Source of the DNA: Eledone cirrhosa
Lineage: Eukaryota
DNA length: 64,000 bases
Direction of reading: 5' to 3'
Assembly: GCA_964016885.1 (NCBI GenBank)
Contig: OZ024743.1
Location: 287,060,001-287,124,000 of the forward strand
The translations under genes and the position numbers were made by a program. The notes below the pieces were generated by a model. That model had not been told where the DNA came from and did no database searches. It saw only the letters and a list, made by a program, of their open reading frames with translations. Within the stretch, counting starts at the first letter, position 1; the number at the start of each line of letters is the position of its first letter. Of this stretch, positions 26,201-37,297 are shown in pieces.

Positions 26201-27930
26201 CACACACATTTTTTTTCAAAATTGCTGCCAACGACCTGTTGCACTTTCATTTTCTCGCGCGTTAGAAATATTGTTTTTTTCAACCTAACTTAACCTTGTA
26301 TTGGCACGTGTAGGCAGCACAAATTCTCAACTCACGGAGATATCTCGACTCACAGAGATAGCCGCACGCCAGAGATAACGTTTCTCGCCAAGGATTCTTC
26401 AGCCTTAAGCTATATTCTCCTATTTGCAGGTTTAAAAATTTACCACGTAAATTTGCCGTTGAAAACTGCGCATTTATTCAGAATGCTTATTTCTTTGGTC
26501 GCTGGCCTCTTGACCCTTCCAGGTCAACGCATTCTCAACATCGACCATCAACTTCGGCTGTTATTTCTAGCACTTTGCGCAACTCATTTTTTCTGAAAAA
26601 AATTTTTTTTTACTGTGAATTTAAACACCGAATACACTCACTCCGCGAGACAACAACATCAACAACAACACAGCTTCACCAACAACCAAAACCAGCAGAA
26701 GAAGCCAGAGAATTTATTTTTGCAGCACTCTTCCTGTGAGAAAATCCATTCGGAGGTTGGAAATTTCACGATATACCACAGAACAGAAACCACCTGCATT
26801 CATTCTCTGGAACACACTTTCTTTCCTGCTGTCATGTGATTGCACACCTGTGAACTATATTTTGTACATTTGAACTTTGAGCTCTTCTCTTACTTTATTA
26901 CATTGTATCTTTGGGTGATGGATAGATAGATGTCCAGTCGTTCTCTGGCCAAGAGAATCTATCATTGATTTTTGCAAACATTCTTTTGTCGTAATTTTCA
27001 TGCCTGTTACAACATTCTCGCCAACTTGCTACATATTTCATTCGATTTTTATATTCTAAAATTCTGGCGGGAGGTTATGTAGCAGTTGCCTCCCTTGTTG
27101 TGACACTCACAACACCATCTAGACAGGAAGTAGAACCCTTTCTGTAACTTCCGGTCAGAACCCTATAAAACTAACAACTTTAAGTTCTCACTCTCTCATT
27201 TGCCCTTCCGGCGCCTGGCCTTCGCCAGGCGTCTTCTGCCAGCCTGCGTTTGCCTGGCAATCAAAACGGTAACTACTAACTTTGCCTAATTCTTTCGTTT
27301 ATTCATTGACATGTCAACTATACTGTTAAATTGTTGATTAAATATTATACACACAAACCATGTCTCCTTGTTACATTCATACAACCCAGTTTTCCGCTAT
27401 ATCCTCAATCTTAGAACCATCTGGGTTGTCCAGAAGTGACGGCAAAAGACCTGACGGCCTTAGCCTGTGCCCCTGGTCAAGAAGCAGGTGCCTTATCTGG
27501 GACGTCACTGTTAGTCACTCTTTTGCTCTTTCCCACATCCTGGATGCTGCGGTTAGGACGAGAGCCACAGCTTCCGCAGCCGAGCGGAGTAAGACCCTCA
27601 AATCTGTCAGCCAGCTACATTTTTCAGCCAGTGGCTTTCGAGACGTTTGGGGGAGTCGGGCCGCTGACTGCGAATGTTCCTCTCTTCACTGGCGGCTCGC
27701 CTAATAGAGGTAACTGGTGAATCTCGCGAGGGCGCTTGGTTGTTCCAACGCATTAGCCTTGCCATCACGCGAGGCAAGGCTGTGAGTGTGCTGACGTGCC
27801 TCAAAAATCATTAGAGAGGTTGCCCAGTACTCGCGACGTTGCTGTCTTTTGCTCTGGTGTTGGCTCGGTTGTTCACCCCTTCCTTTACATTTTCTTTAAT
27901 ATTGTAACATTAACAGAATATATCTTTCTG
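23300..27930 (+). mobile_element. CRE-clade non-LTR retrotransposon (RT, CCHC finger, restriction-like endonuclease), frameshifted and interrupted at 25331-27401
   Basis: DIKGAVRLL, GIDGLRPQHLKD, GCEAAVH, DLRNTFNS, GVQQGDP, WYLDD, CRCG..H..SC..RH, EPSGL..DGKRPDG..WDVT, FQPVAFETFG. Confidence 0.88.
25331..27401 (+). mobile_element. Non-autonomous LTR element (LTRs 25331-25622 and 27078-27401; tRNA-Trp PBS; PPT)
   Basis: Near-identical ~290-320 bp direct repeats TGTAGC...GCTATA; PBS TGGTAACCCTGACGTGAT at 25624; GGCGGGAGG before the 3' LTR; no internal ORF. Confidence 0.88.
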
Positions 27931-28157
27931 AAAGAATCGCGAACAATTTATAATGTAGATATTTAAAACATATTTGTTATGTTATTCTACTTAGAACAAT
28001 TATTTCTTTTTTTTTTTTTTTTTAGGTTGTATATGAACGTTGATTTTTGCTGTATTATATGCCTGTATGCACATACACGTTTTGCATCAAACACTTACAT
28101 ATCATTCCTTTTTACACACAAACATTTTGTTTCTTCTTTACATATCCATAATGTATG

Positions 28158-28473
28158 TGTAGTTCTCTCTAGACAAAGGGAAGTAGCCAAAGTTACTTCC
28201 CGTGGAATTTCTAGAAACCCCTTGAACTTCCGTTTCAGAGATTATAAAAGAAGGAGCAAAGGACAATCTACCTCTCTTTCACCAACGGCTCTAGTACTGA
28301 CCACACCAAGCACAGATGCTAAACTTTTTCTAATCCTATCCTATACCTCAGGATTACACCACATCATGGCATGAGGTACGTTTCACTACCAACATTGTAA
28401 CAAGCTACTTCAATAAAGGCAAATCGTTACTGATACACTTTTCCGAAGTATTCGTCATGTTTCAATTGCTACA
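28158..28473 (+). mobile_element. Solo LTR-like repeat (TGTAG...GCTACA)
   Basis: Terminal inverted motif, TATA and AATAAA; homologous to 2447-2763. Confidence 0.65.
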
Positions 28474-30157
28474 TCGTCATTTCTTTTACATCTTCTAAAC
28501 AAATTAAATTAGTGGTTGGCATGTAGTGGTATTTACTGGAGTGAATAACCCTATGGCCAAAACACAAAATATGTACTTGATTCGTGTGGGGATTCTGCGA
28601 GTCACTTTTGACCTGGTTGAGGTACGGAAACAGCTATCGACACATGAAACTCGCCCCCACACTGGGACTCAACCTACCTGGACTCACTCAGGCATGCAAC
28701 TCGAAATTGCACACACTAATGTCATAGCGTAAACCTCAATCCATTTCACTTCTCCCACTCACTGGGAAAACACGTATACACAATTCGGCGATCGCAACTT
28801 CACACGTCGAGTCAGACAACAGTTTAAAGTAAATGAGTTGATCACAACTCCGTATATTTACAGCTTCTTTTAAATGTTACACACACACATGTATACACAT
28901 TTACACGATATTTTTTCCCGAAATTTCTCTGCACACTGAATACGGGAGCAGTGCTCTCGATTTGTGTTTTGGGACACTCTTCTGTGATCAAATTTCACTA
29001 CCTCTTTTGTAATTGATCTGGGTGGGGAACTAATGTAGCGAAATCTGTCCACACCTTGACTCCTGGGTGACATTTAACGGTCATTATTTTTTTTTTGGGG
29101 GGGGGGGTCTCCTTTCGGGCGTCAACAGGTCTAAGAGTGGACGACTTCTAAAGGTCAGCCCTTTGTTCTCAGGTCTTGAGACAGAAGAAGTGACATAGAT
29201 AAATAGATCAAACCACCAGCAGTTCAAAGCGATTCTTGATAGAGTAAACATGTAGACCAAAGGTTCTCAGCCCATTTCGGCCAAACGCCCCCTTTTGCCC
29301 CTCGAAATCACGAAACGCCCCCTACCCTATTTTTCCATTTTTCAATATACTACTGATTTTGATATCAGTAGATTACTGGGCCAAATCAAGTTATGTTAGA
29401 ATCTTTAAAAAATACTCGTACGAATTAAATACAAAAAAGTTTCAGTCCAAAACAAAAGCAAACTATTTCAAATTCTATTTTTTTGAAAAATAGACGTGAA
29501 TGTTCTCAAAGATTTGATCTCAGTCGAAAAAGCTTTCTTTTTTTTTAATTCTATATTTCACTGTTAGCTGTTGTAATATTTTGAGTGGATAGACAATTCT
29601 ACAATTTAAACTGTAAAGTCAAAATACAAAAGATGCAAAATAGGAAGAATTTCTTACCTTTCTCTGAAATCACAAACTAAGGGGGGAAATAGTACCTTGC
29701 AAAATAAAATAGCTCGTAGCAAAATAAAATACTTAGTAGCAACGAATGAATTGAGAAGCTTGGTGACAGTGAGAAAGAAATATCTGTATTCCTTATATAT
29801 ATACATAGATAGATACACACACACACGCACACACACACATACAAACGCGCACGCACACACACAGACACATATACATACACACACACAAACTTCTGTGTAT
29901 GTGTGCCTTGGTTTTGGTACAGAAAGAATTTTGTCTCCAGTTTTTATTGCCAGGTCAAAGTCCACTTCTCTTTTCAACAACGCCAAATAATAACGCCATA
30001 TATATATAGATTTTGAGTATATGTTGGTTGTATACCAACACCTCAGTATGCAGGCTTGAGCACTCGACGAAGTGCGCAGGTTGGTTTGGTTACTCCGGAG
30101 TAATGTAAAATAAAGTTAAATAAAAAGTCAAATGTTTAAAATTTAGCTTCGTTTATT

Positions 30158-30212
30158 ACTGCTATATATATTTCGGTGACAGCCATCTTTGGCTGTGACT
30201 TCTTCAGGCAGT
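30158..30212 (-). ncRNA. Minimal type I hammerhead ribozyme motif (Penelope-like repeat context)
   Basis: ACTGC-CTGAAGA-[gtcacagcc aaagat ggctgtcac]-GAAA-tatata-TA-GCAGT; AATAAA immediately downstream. Confidence 0.7.
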
Positions 30213-30537
30213 CCGAATTAGTGTGGTATAGACAAGTACATATGTTGTTGAGGTGTATAATTTTGTCAATACTCTGATATGCCCAGTTCCTGGTTGGATT
30301 GTTATTTCACTGAGGAATATATATATTATAAATGAAGAGAGAAATATATATATTATAAATGAAGAGAGAAAGAGGGAGGCACAGAGAGAGTAAGAAATGT
30401 GTGTGTGTGTGTTTGGTACACGTCTATCTATCTACCTATCTCCAACAAGGGGTTCAAATATGCGGCCCGCGAACTACTTTTCTGTGGTGGCCCGTGGTAG
30501 AACCAATATTTCATATTGCATTATAACTGGTGAAAAT

Positions 30538-30751
30538 AAGGCGGTGAGCTGGTGGAATCGTTAGCACATCTGGCGAAATGCTTAACGGTACTTATTCCGT
30601 TTTTACGTTCTGAGTTCAAATTCCGCCGATCTCAACTTTGCCTTTCAGCCTTTTGGGGTCAATGAATTAAGTACCAGTTGTGTACTAGGATCGATATAAT
30701 CGACTGAACCCTAAACCCCAAATTTCATGCCTTGTTCCTATAGTAGAAATG
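30538..30751 (+). mobile_element. Full-length tRNA-derived SINE with 18-bp TSD ATTATAACTGGTGAAAAT
   Basis: A/B-box-like head (gagctggtggaatcgttag; gagttcaaattcc), Nin-like core, TSD at 30520-30537 and 30752-30769. Confidence 0.88.
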
Positions 30752-31076
30752 ATTATAACTGGTGAAAATCTTCACCCACTGCCACCTTTTGCCCACTGTG
30801 CCTCTCCTCCAGGACGTAATGGCCCTTTTGTGTCCTTGAGTTTGAGACCCCTCTTCTACACACACACATATATACTTTACTATTTTCTGTCTCTGGACTA
30901 CGCCCATGCTGGAGCATCACTTTGGTAAGTTATGGGGACGTCAACAAACCAACAAGCATTGGTGGGAGGGCAAACACAAACGCAAAGACACACACAGACA
31001 TATATACGACGGGCTTCTTTTAGCTTTAGTCTATCAAATCCACTCACAGGGCTTTGGTCGGCCCGGGCAGTGGGAC

Positions 31077-32780
31077 TTTAACGAAGGGTATTTTAGTAGT
31101 TAGTTGGATTAACAAGAATGGCTGATTTACTTTATATATAACGGTTTACTTCACTTCAGTCAAAAAGAACAATAAACAAGTTACTATGAGTTGCGAAGGT
31201 TGACAATGTTATTTTGTTGTTGGTTCATGAGGCTGGTGTAGTCTACGACCAAGAGAGAAAGACAGTAATGGTCTGTAGACCTCTGCGACCTGAAGGTAGC
31301 GGTGAATCTTTCACATAGCTTGTAATAGCGTACTGCTCCGATCTCTCTGTATCTAAGGTGGGAAAATATAAGCTTTATATACCTGTCGCTTTCTGTCTCC
31401 TACCTTCAGGAGATAGCCCACGCATGAACCTGTTCACACCAAAAGGGTGGTGACCTAGAGATTGACTTTTAGGTGTCACCCAACGTTCTAGGCGTGGACA
31501 GATCTCGCTATATTAGTTCCCTACCCAGATCGATGCAGGAGCAACGATCGATTATAAAAGGGGTAGCGAAATCTGATTCCAAGCGTGTCCCAAAACACAC
31601 AAAATGTGGGTACTGCACCCGCATTTCGAGTGCAGAGAAATTTGGAGAGAGAAAAAAATATATATCGTATAACTGTGTATGCATGTGTGTGTGTAACATT
31701 TAGAAGAAACTGTAAATATACAAAGTTGTGATCATGTATTTCGAACTGTTGTGTATGGATGGCTGAATGTTGGGGTTACGGTATCGGATTACGATATGAT
31801 AACACAGAGGACTATTTTTCTCGATGTATCATCATACGTAAGATTCTCTTCCAGTGAGTCGAGGTTTACGCTATGACATGAGTGTGTACAATTTTGAGTT
31901 GCATGTCTAAGTGAGTCCAGGCGTGGATGAGTGAGTCCAGGCGTGGCTGAGTGAGTCCAGGCGTGGATGAGTGAGTCCAGGCGTGTACCCGTGGGGTGTT
32001 TATCATGTGTTTAATAGCTGTTGCCGAACCTCGACCCGTTGAATCTCAATGTATTATCATACGTAAGATGCTTTTCCAGTGAGTCGAGGTTTACGCTATG
32101 ACATGAGTGAGTGCAATTTTGAGTTGCGTGCTTGAGTGCGTCCAAGCGAGTAGTAACCGTGGGTTGATTCTCATGTGTTTAATAGCTGTTGCCGTACCTC
32201 AACCAGTTGAAAAGTGATCTCGCTGAGACCCAACAGAATCCAGAATATACCATAGACAAAAACATGTTGGTGTTGTGACAAAGAAAATGATGTGTTTGAT
32301 GCAAAACGTGTATGTTCATACAGGCATATAATACAGTAAAACGAATAAAAAAAATAAAAATGAACGTTCATATATAAACTGTAAACAAATTTTTTTTAAA
32401 TATTTATATAATTGTTCTTTACAAAAAGTTCAGTTTTCTTTTGCTTATTGATCGTTTTCTTGCTAGGAAACTAGTAGTATTGTCTGTTGTTGTTGTTGTT
32501 GGAGATTACGAAGCACGTGGTGAAGTGTTTGGTAATGAATCGAAACATCAAAGCGAAGTCACTGTAAATATTCCGTAGAATGCAAGTTTGTGGTGAATAA
32601 TTTGAAATGAAGTTTTATCATATCGTACCACATAGATGAGAAGCTTGGTAATTATATATTGCTGAGAAAGTTGTTGCTGTTGTTTTCTTCTTTGTTTTTA
32701 AATACCAGTTCGTATTTTTTTTTTAAATCACGTCGGGTTCACCAATTTAACGAAGAGTTATTTTAATTTGGTAGTTGTTG

Positions 32781-32814
<34 letters not shown>

Positions 32815-33174
32815 ACTTGAGTCAAAATATACAATAAACATATTACCACGAGTTGCGAAGGTTGACAATGTTATTTTGTTGTTGGTTCATGAGGCTGGTG
32901 TAGTCTACGACCAAGAGAGGAAGACAGTAACGGTCTGTAGACCTCTGCGACCTGAAGGTAGCGGTGAATCTTTCACATAGCTTGTAATAGCGTACTGCTC
33001 TGATGTCTCTGTATCTAAGGTGGGAAAATATAGGCTTTATATACCTGTCGCTTTCTGTCTCCCACCTTGAGGGGATAACCCACGCATGAACCTGTTCACA
33101 CCAAAAGGGTGGTGACCTAGAGTTTGACTTTTAGGTGTCACCCAAAGTTCAAGGCGTGGACAGATCTCGCTACA
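31077..33174 (-). mobile_element. Complete non-autonomous LTR element (LTRs 32746-33174 and 31077-31512; tRNA-Trp PBS; PPT; TSD GGAC) inserted in a SINE
   Basis: Direct repeats; PBS TGGTGAACCCGACGTGAT (reverse of 32727-32744); PPT GGGTAGGGAACTAA; GGAC at 31073-31076 and 33175-33178; flanks rejoin as cagtgggactgaacccgg. Confidence 0.9.
31911..31985. repeat. 20-bp minisatellite (gtgagtccaggcgtggatga) x~4 inside the LTR element
   Basis: Direct tandem copies. Confidence 0.9.
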
Positions 33175-33223
33175 GGACTGAACCCGGAAATATGTGGTCG
33201 GAAAGAAAGCTTCTTGTCACACT

Positions 33224-33296
<73 letters not shown>

Positions 33297-33393
33297 AGTG
33301 TGCGTGTATAATATATATATATATTACACACGCACACACACACACATACACACATATATATATATATAAATGAAAGGTATAGATATATATATA

Positions 33394-33498
33394 AATATCC
33401 TTACACACTTAAATATAAATGCATGTATATATAAATGTATAAATGCATAGCTATATACATACGTAAATGTATGTATGTATATACGTATGTATGTGTCT

Positions 33499-33595
<97 letters not shown>

Positions 33596-33743
33596 GATTT
33601 ATATATATATATATATATAAGTATGTATGTAGATTTATATATATATAAATCTACATACATACAGACATTTACGTATGTATATAGCTATGCATTTATACAT
33701 TTGTATATATACATGCATTTATATTTAAGTGTGTAAGGATATT
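33394..33743. repeat. Foldback: ~77-bp near-perfect inverted arms around a (TA)n/(TATG)n core
   Basis: aatatccttacacacttaaatataaatgcatg...tacgtaaatgt is mirrored by acatttacgta...gtgtgtaaggatatt. Confidence 0.9.
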
Positions 33744-33910
33744 GACACGATTTATGTTGTTGTTTTTTGGTAAAGAGAACATTTTTGTCTCCAGATTTTA
33801 TTACCTAGGGAGATTAAATACCACATCTCTGGCTGAAAGCTGACCAGGTTCTCAACCTTATCAAACCCTAACGCAGGCCTGTGTGTGTATATATGTGTGT
33901 ATGTATGTAT

Positions 33911-35887
33911 GTTATCTCTTTCTCTTAATTTCGAGTATATGTTTTTGGCCGGCCACCTTCCTGGTGGCAAGGTTGTAAAAGAAAAGAAATTGTCATCCCT
34001 TGAATCGCAAGAATGTTTTGCAAATTTTGAAGGTGCCAGCTATCGCAGCCATTTGTAGACTATGAATTAGGCAGCTGCGCTCTTTGTCCGCAAATCCAAG
34101 TTTAGTCATACTTTGATCCAAACGGGTTGGTATATAACCCGTAGCTCCAATAATGATGGGTATGAAGTTAAAGGTGTATCTTGGATACTGGATTTGCAAA
34201 CTCCTCATCAATGGTCCGTAGATGTCCTCCTTCTCCTGTATTTTTCTGACAACGTTTACATCAAGTGGGCAGCTGATCTCCACAACAGAACACGTTTTCA
34301 ATGTGTGGTCCCAAACAACAATATCAGGCCGGTTGTGCTTTAATTTGGTGGCAGTTTTTATTTTCAGGTTCCACCAGTATTCTTTAGTGTCATCTGTCTC
34401 AATATATTCTTCCTCGATTGTTGTTAATTTTGTTTTCCGAAGTGCGTTCCAGATGGTTCAAGCTATCCCATCGTGTCTCATGGGGAGGTAGTAGCGAGAT
34501 GACATTATTTCGCAGCTGGCAACAATGTGGCTTACATCCTCGATCTTTGTTTTACATAGCTTACATTTATTGTCAGCTGATGGCCCTCCCCTTTTGTGCA
34601 GCAGATATTTGGTAGGGAGTTCTTGTTCCTGTATTGCTTAGAGATATTCCTCAAGGTGTGATGTCATAAATTTGTCGGAACTCCATGCCAGGCTTTTTGA
34701 GTGGTTTATCCCCTCTATGGTCTGTGTTTTACGTCTCAAGTATCCATGCACAACTTTTTCTGTAAATTGGTCAATTTTTTCATCTTGTTTGAACATTGAA
34801 TAGGATCTTCCGATTTCTCTGGGTGAGAGATTTATATCAGGCTTTATTCAATATCTCTCCTCCAGATCAGTGGCTATTCTAATGATTTTTTTTTTCATGC
34901 TCATAAACCTGGGCAAGATGGTTGCCAACCTTTTTCCTCTGTTGAAGGTGTTGCTTCAGTGTTACTATCCGGGTCTCATATAATGTTAATATGGATTTTA
35001 GACCCCGGCCACCTTCCTTGCGTGAGAAGTATAGCCTATCCACATCACCATTGATGTTAAAGTTCCCAGTAACACTGAGAAGTTTGCGAGTTCTAACATC
35101 CATCTCACTTAGTTCTTGCAATGACCAGTTCAGCAGGCCAAATGTTGGCGTTAGAATTGGCACAGCATAAGTATTGTGGGCAATGTATTTGTTGTACGCT
35201 GACAGTTCTGATGACCATATTTTCTTTACTCTTCTGAGGTATTCAGTTCTGGTTCTCTCCTTATTTATGGGTCCATCATATCTGACATTCTCATCCTGTC
35301 CAAGATATCTGTAGTTGTCACCTGACTGTAGAGGTTGTATTGTCAGGCCGCTTACCTCTAGATTTCTAGAGGAGGGCACAGCTCTTCCACGTTTTACTGC
35401 CAAATATGCACACTTGGACTCACCAAATTTCATTTTGATGTCTGTTGAAAATTGTGTAATGAGGTCCAATTGTTTCTTGATGTCATTGATATTTGGCCCA
35501 TACAACTTCAGGTCATCAACAAAGAAAAGATGGGAGATACTTCTGGACCCACTTCTTTGTCCACCTTGTTTCCTGAGTAGCTAAGATAGTGGATTTAGTG
35601 AGAGAACGAAGAGTAGCACTGACAAGCTATCACCCTGAAAGATGCCCTTCTGTTAATGTATCCTATCAGTCTTAACTTGCTCCTTCTCACCTCTAAGGAT
35701 CAAATTGGTGTACCAGTTCTTGGTCAGACGTTCAACAGCAGCTACCAGTGGTTGTGGGACTTTGGCTAACTGTAAAGCCTTAACAATCCACCCATGAGGT
35801 ACACTATCAAATGCTTTTTGATAGTCCAGCCACACCACAGTCATGTTTCTGCGATTCTTTGTTGTTTTTTCTTGAATCATTTTATTT
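33911..35887 (-). mobile_element. 5'-truncated R4/Dong-clade non-LTR retrotransposon (RT and restriction-like endonuclease)
   Basis: WLDYQKAFDSVPH, GIFQGDSLS, HLFFVDDLKLY, RLY..RKEGGRGL, HNRPDIVV, VEISCP, IPIIIGATG; (ATAC)n on both sides. Confidence 0.88.
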
Positions 35888-36941
35888 GTATGTATGTATG
35901 TATGTATGTATGTATGTATGTATGTATGTATGTATGTACGTATGCATGTGTGTGTGTTCGTATGTACCACCATTTCACCACCATTGCTCATTGCTTCTTT
36001 TTGTTGTCATTTCTGTTGAAGTTGTTCTTGTAACTGTTGTAAAAGTTGACGTTGTCCTTATTTTCATCTTCTTTTATTTCTTTTGTTTTTCTTTTATCTC
36101 CCTAGGGAATTCGTTGACAAGCTTCTTTTATTTATTTTCTTCGTTTTCTTCATTCAAATTCATTCACACTGGCTGTCTAAGAGACGTACAAATATGACTT
36201 ATAAAACTTACCAAACTAAAGGGGCTTCCAGCGCCCCCCAAATCTTCAAACGCCCCGTAACGCTCCCTTGCTCCAAAACGACCTCCGTTGAGAACCTTTA
36301 ATGTAGACTATTGCTTTCTACAATCCCCCTTGGGGTCCTACAGACACTTACTCGCTCTCTCTTTCACTCAATTTCTATCTCTTGGTCTCTCTCTTAACCA
36401 AGCCAGTGAAGTTCATGAAGTTTTCTTGGTAAATACAATTTAATTCTACTTTTACAAACAACGTCCATAATTGGTTATCTTGTAGTTGCCCGCGTTAAAT
36501 TATTATTTTTTTAATGTAATTAAGTAAGTTATTATTAATTAAATTTTAAATTATTTAATTTTTTTAAAACAATTTTAAGAAAAGTAAATAAGAAACAAAT
36601 AAAAATTTTTTTTTTTTTTTTTGTAACCATCGTTACAACTTTGTGGGCCCCAAGGATCACACAAACCGTGTGGAAGGAAAGTCAAATTCCGTGCCATGAG
36701 AGGAACAAGCGAGGCACTTTTCGGCACTCACCTTCAAGAGTTTGGTGCCGTGCAATTAAAAAAAAGAAAAATCTTCGCTAATATTCTATATTGGATAGGA
36801 CATTATTATGATGTATAATAGACACTTTTTAATATTATAATTTATGATTTAAAAACAAAAATTAACAAAAATCAAAAAAAAAAATTAAATAATTTAAAAT
36901 TTAATTAATAATAACTTTCTTACTGAATTACATTTAATAAT

Positions 36942-37253
36942 TGTTTCTACTTTAGGCACAAGGCCAGCAATTACCCAGTGCATTACTGGTACTTTATTTT
37001 ATCGACCCCGTAAGGATGAAAGGCAAAGTCAACCTCGGCGGGATTTGAACTCAGATCGTAAAGGGACGTAACTATGCTGGAAAGCATGGCGTCCGACCCT
37101 CTACCGATACTGCCAATCCACCGCCCTTAATTACATTTAATAATAATAATTGTTTCTACTTTTGGCACAAGGCCAGTAAATACCCAGTGTACTACTGGTA
37201 CTTTCTTTTATCGACCCCGTAAGGATGAAAGGCAAAGTTAATCTCGGCGGATA
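36942..37253 (-). mobile_element. One full and one truncated SINE inserted serially at the same site
   Basis: TSD AATTACATTTAATAAT at 36926-36941 and 37129-37144; TACATTTAATAAT again at ~37254. Confidence 0.85.
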
Positions 37254-37258
37254 TACAT

Positions 37259-37296
<38 letters not shown>

Positions 37297-37297
<1 letters not shown>

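Larger units (their letters stand above)
23098..29249 (+). mobile_element. Fragmented non-coding LTR element: LTR start at 23098, internal region ~27940-29034, PPT, 3' LTR from 29035 split by the hAT element and apparently resuming at 36309
   Basis: Both LTR pieces begin TGTAGCGAAATCTGTCCACACC; GGGTGGGGAACTAA precedes 29035; the internal region matches the reverse complement of 31513-32420. Confidence 0.7.
29258..36300. mobile_element. Non-autonomous hAT (Charlie/Buster-like) element carrying nested insertions
   Basis: TIRs CAAAGGTTCTCA / TGAGAACCTTTA; perfect 8-bp TSD ATGTAGAC (29250-29257, 36301-36308); subterminal AACGCCCC motifs near both ends. Confidence 0.88.

Noticed and set aside
30538-30630. 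tRNA genes at A/B-box-like motifs (many copies)
   Set aside because: No cloverleaf; each continues into a shared SINE core and some have TSDs
31911-31985. Regularly spaced 20-bp repeats resembling a CRISPR array
   Set aside because: Head-to-tail copies with no unique spacers, a eukaryotic context and no cas genes; it is a minisatellite inside an LTR element
33170-33736. YIYI/CVCV-rich ORFs (also 29654-29990 and 35794-36197)
   Set aside because: Translations of (TA)n, (CA)n and (TATG)n microsatellites
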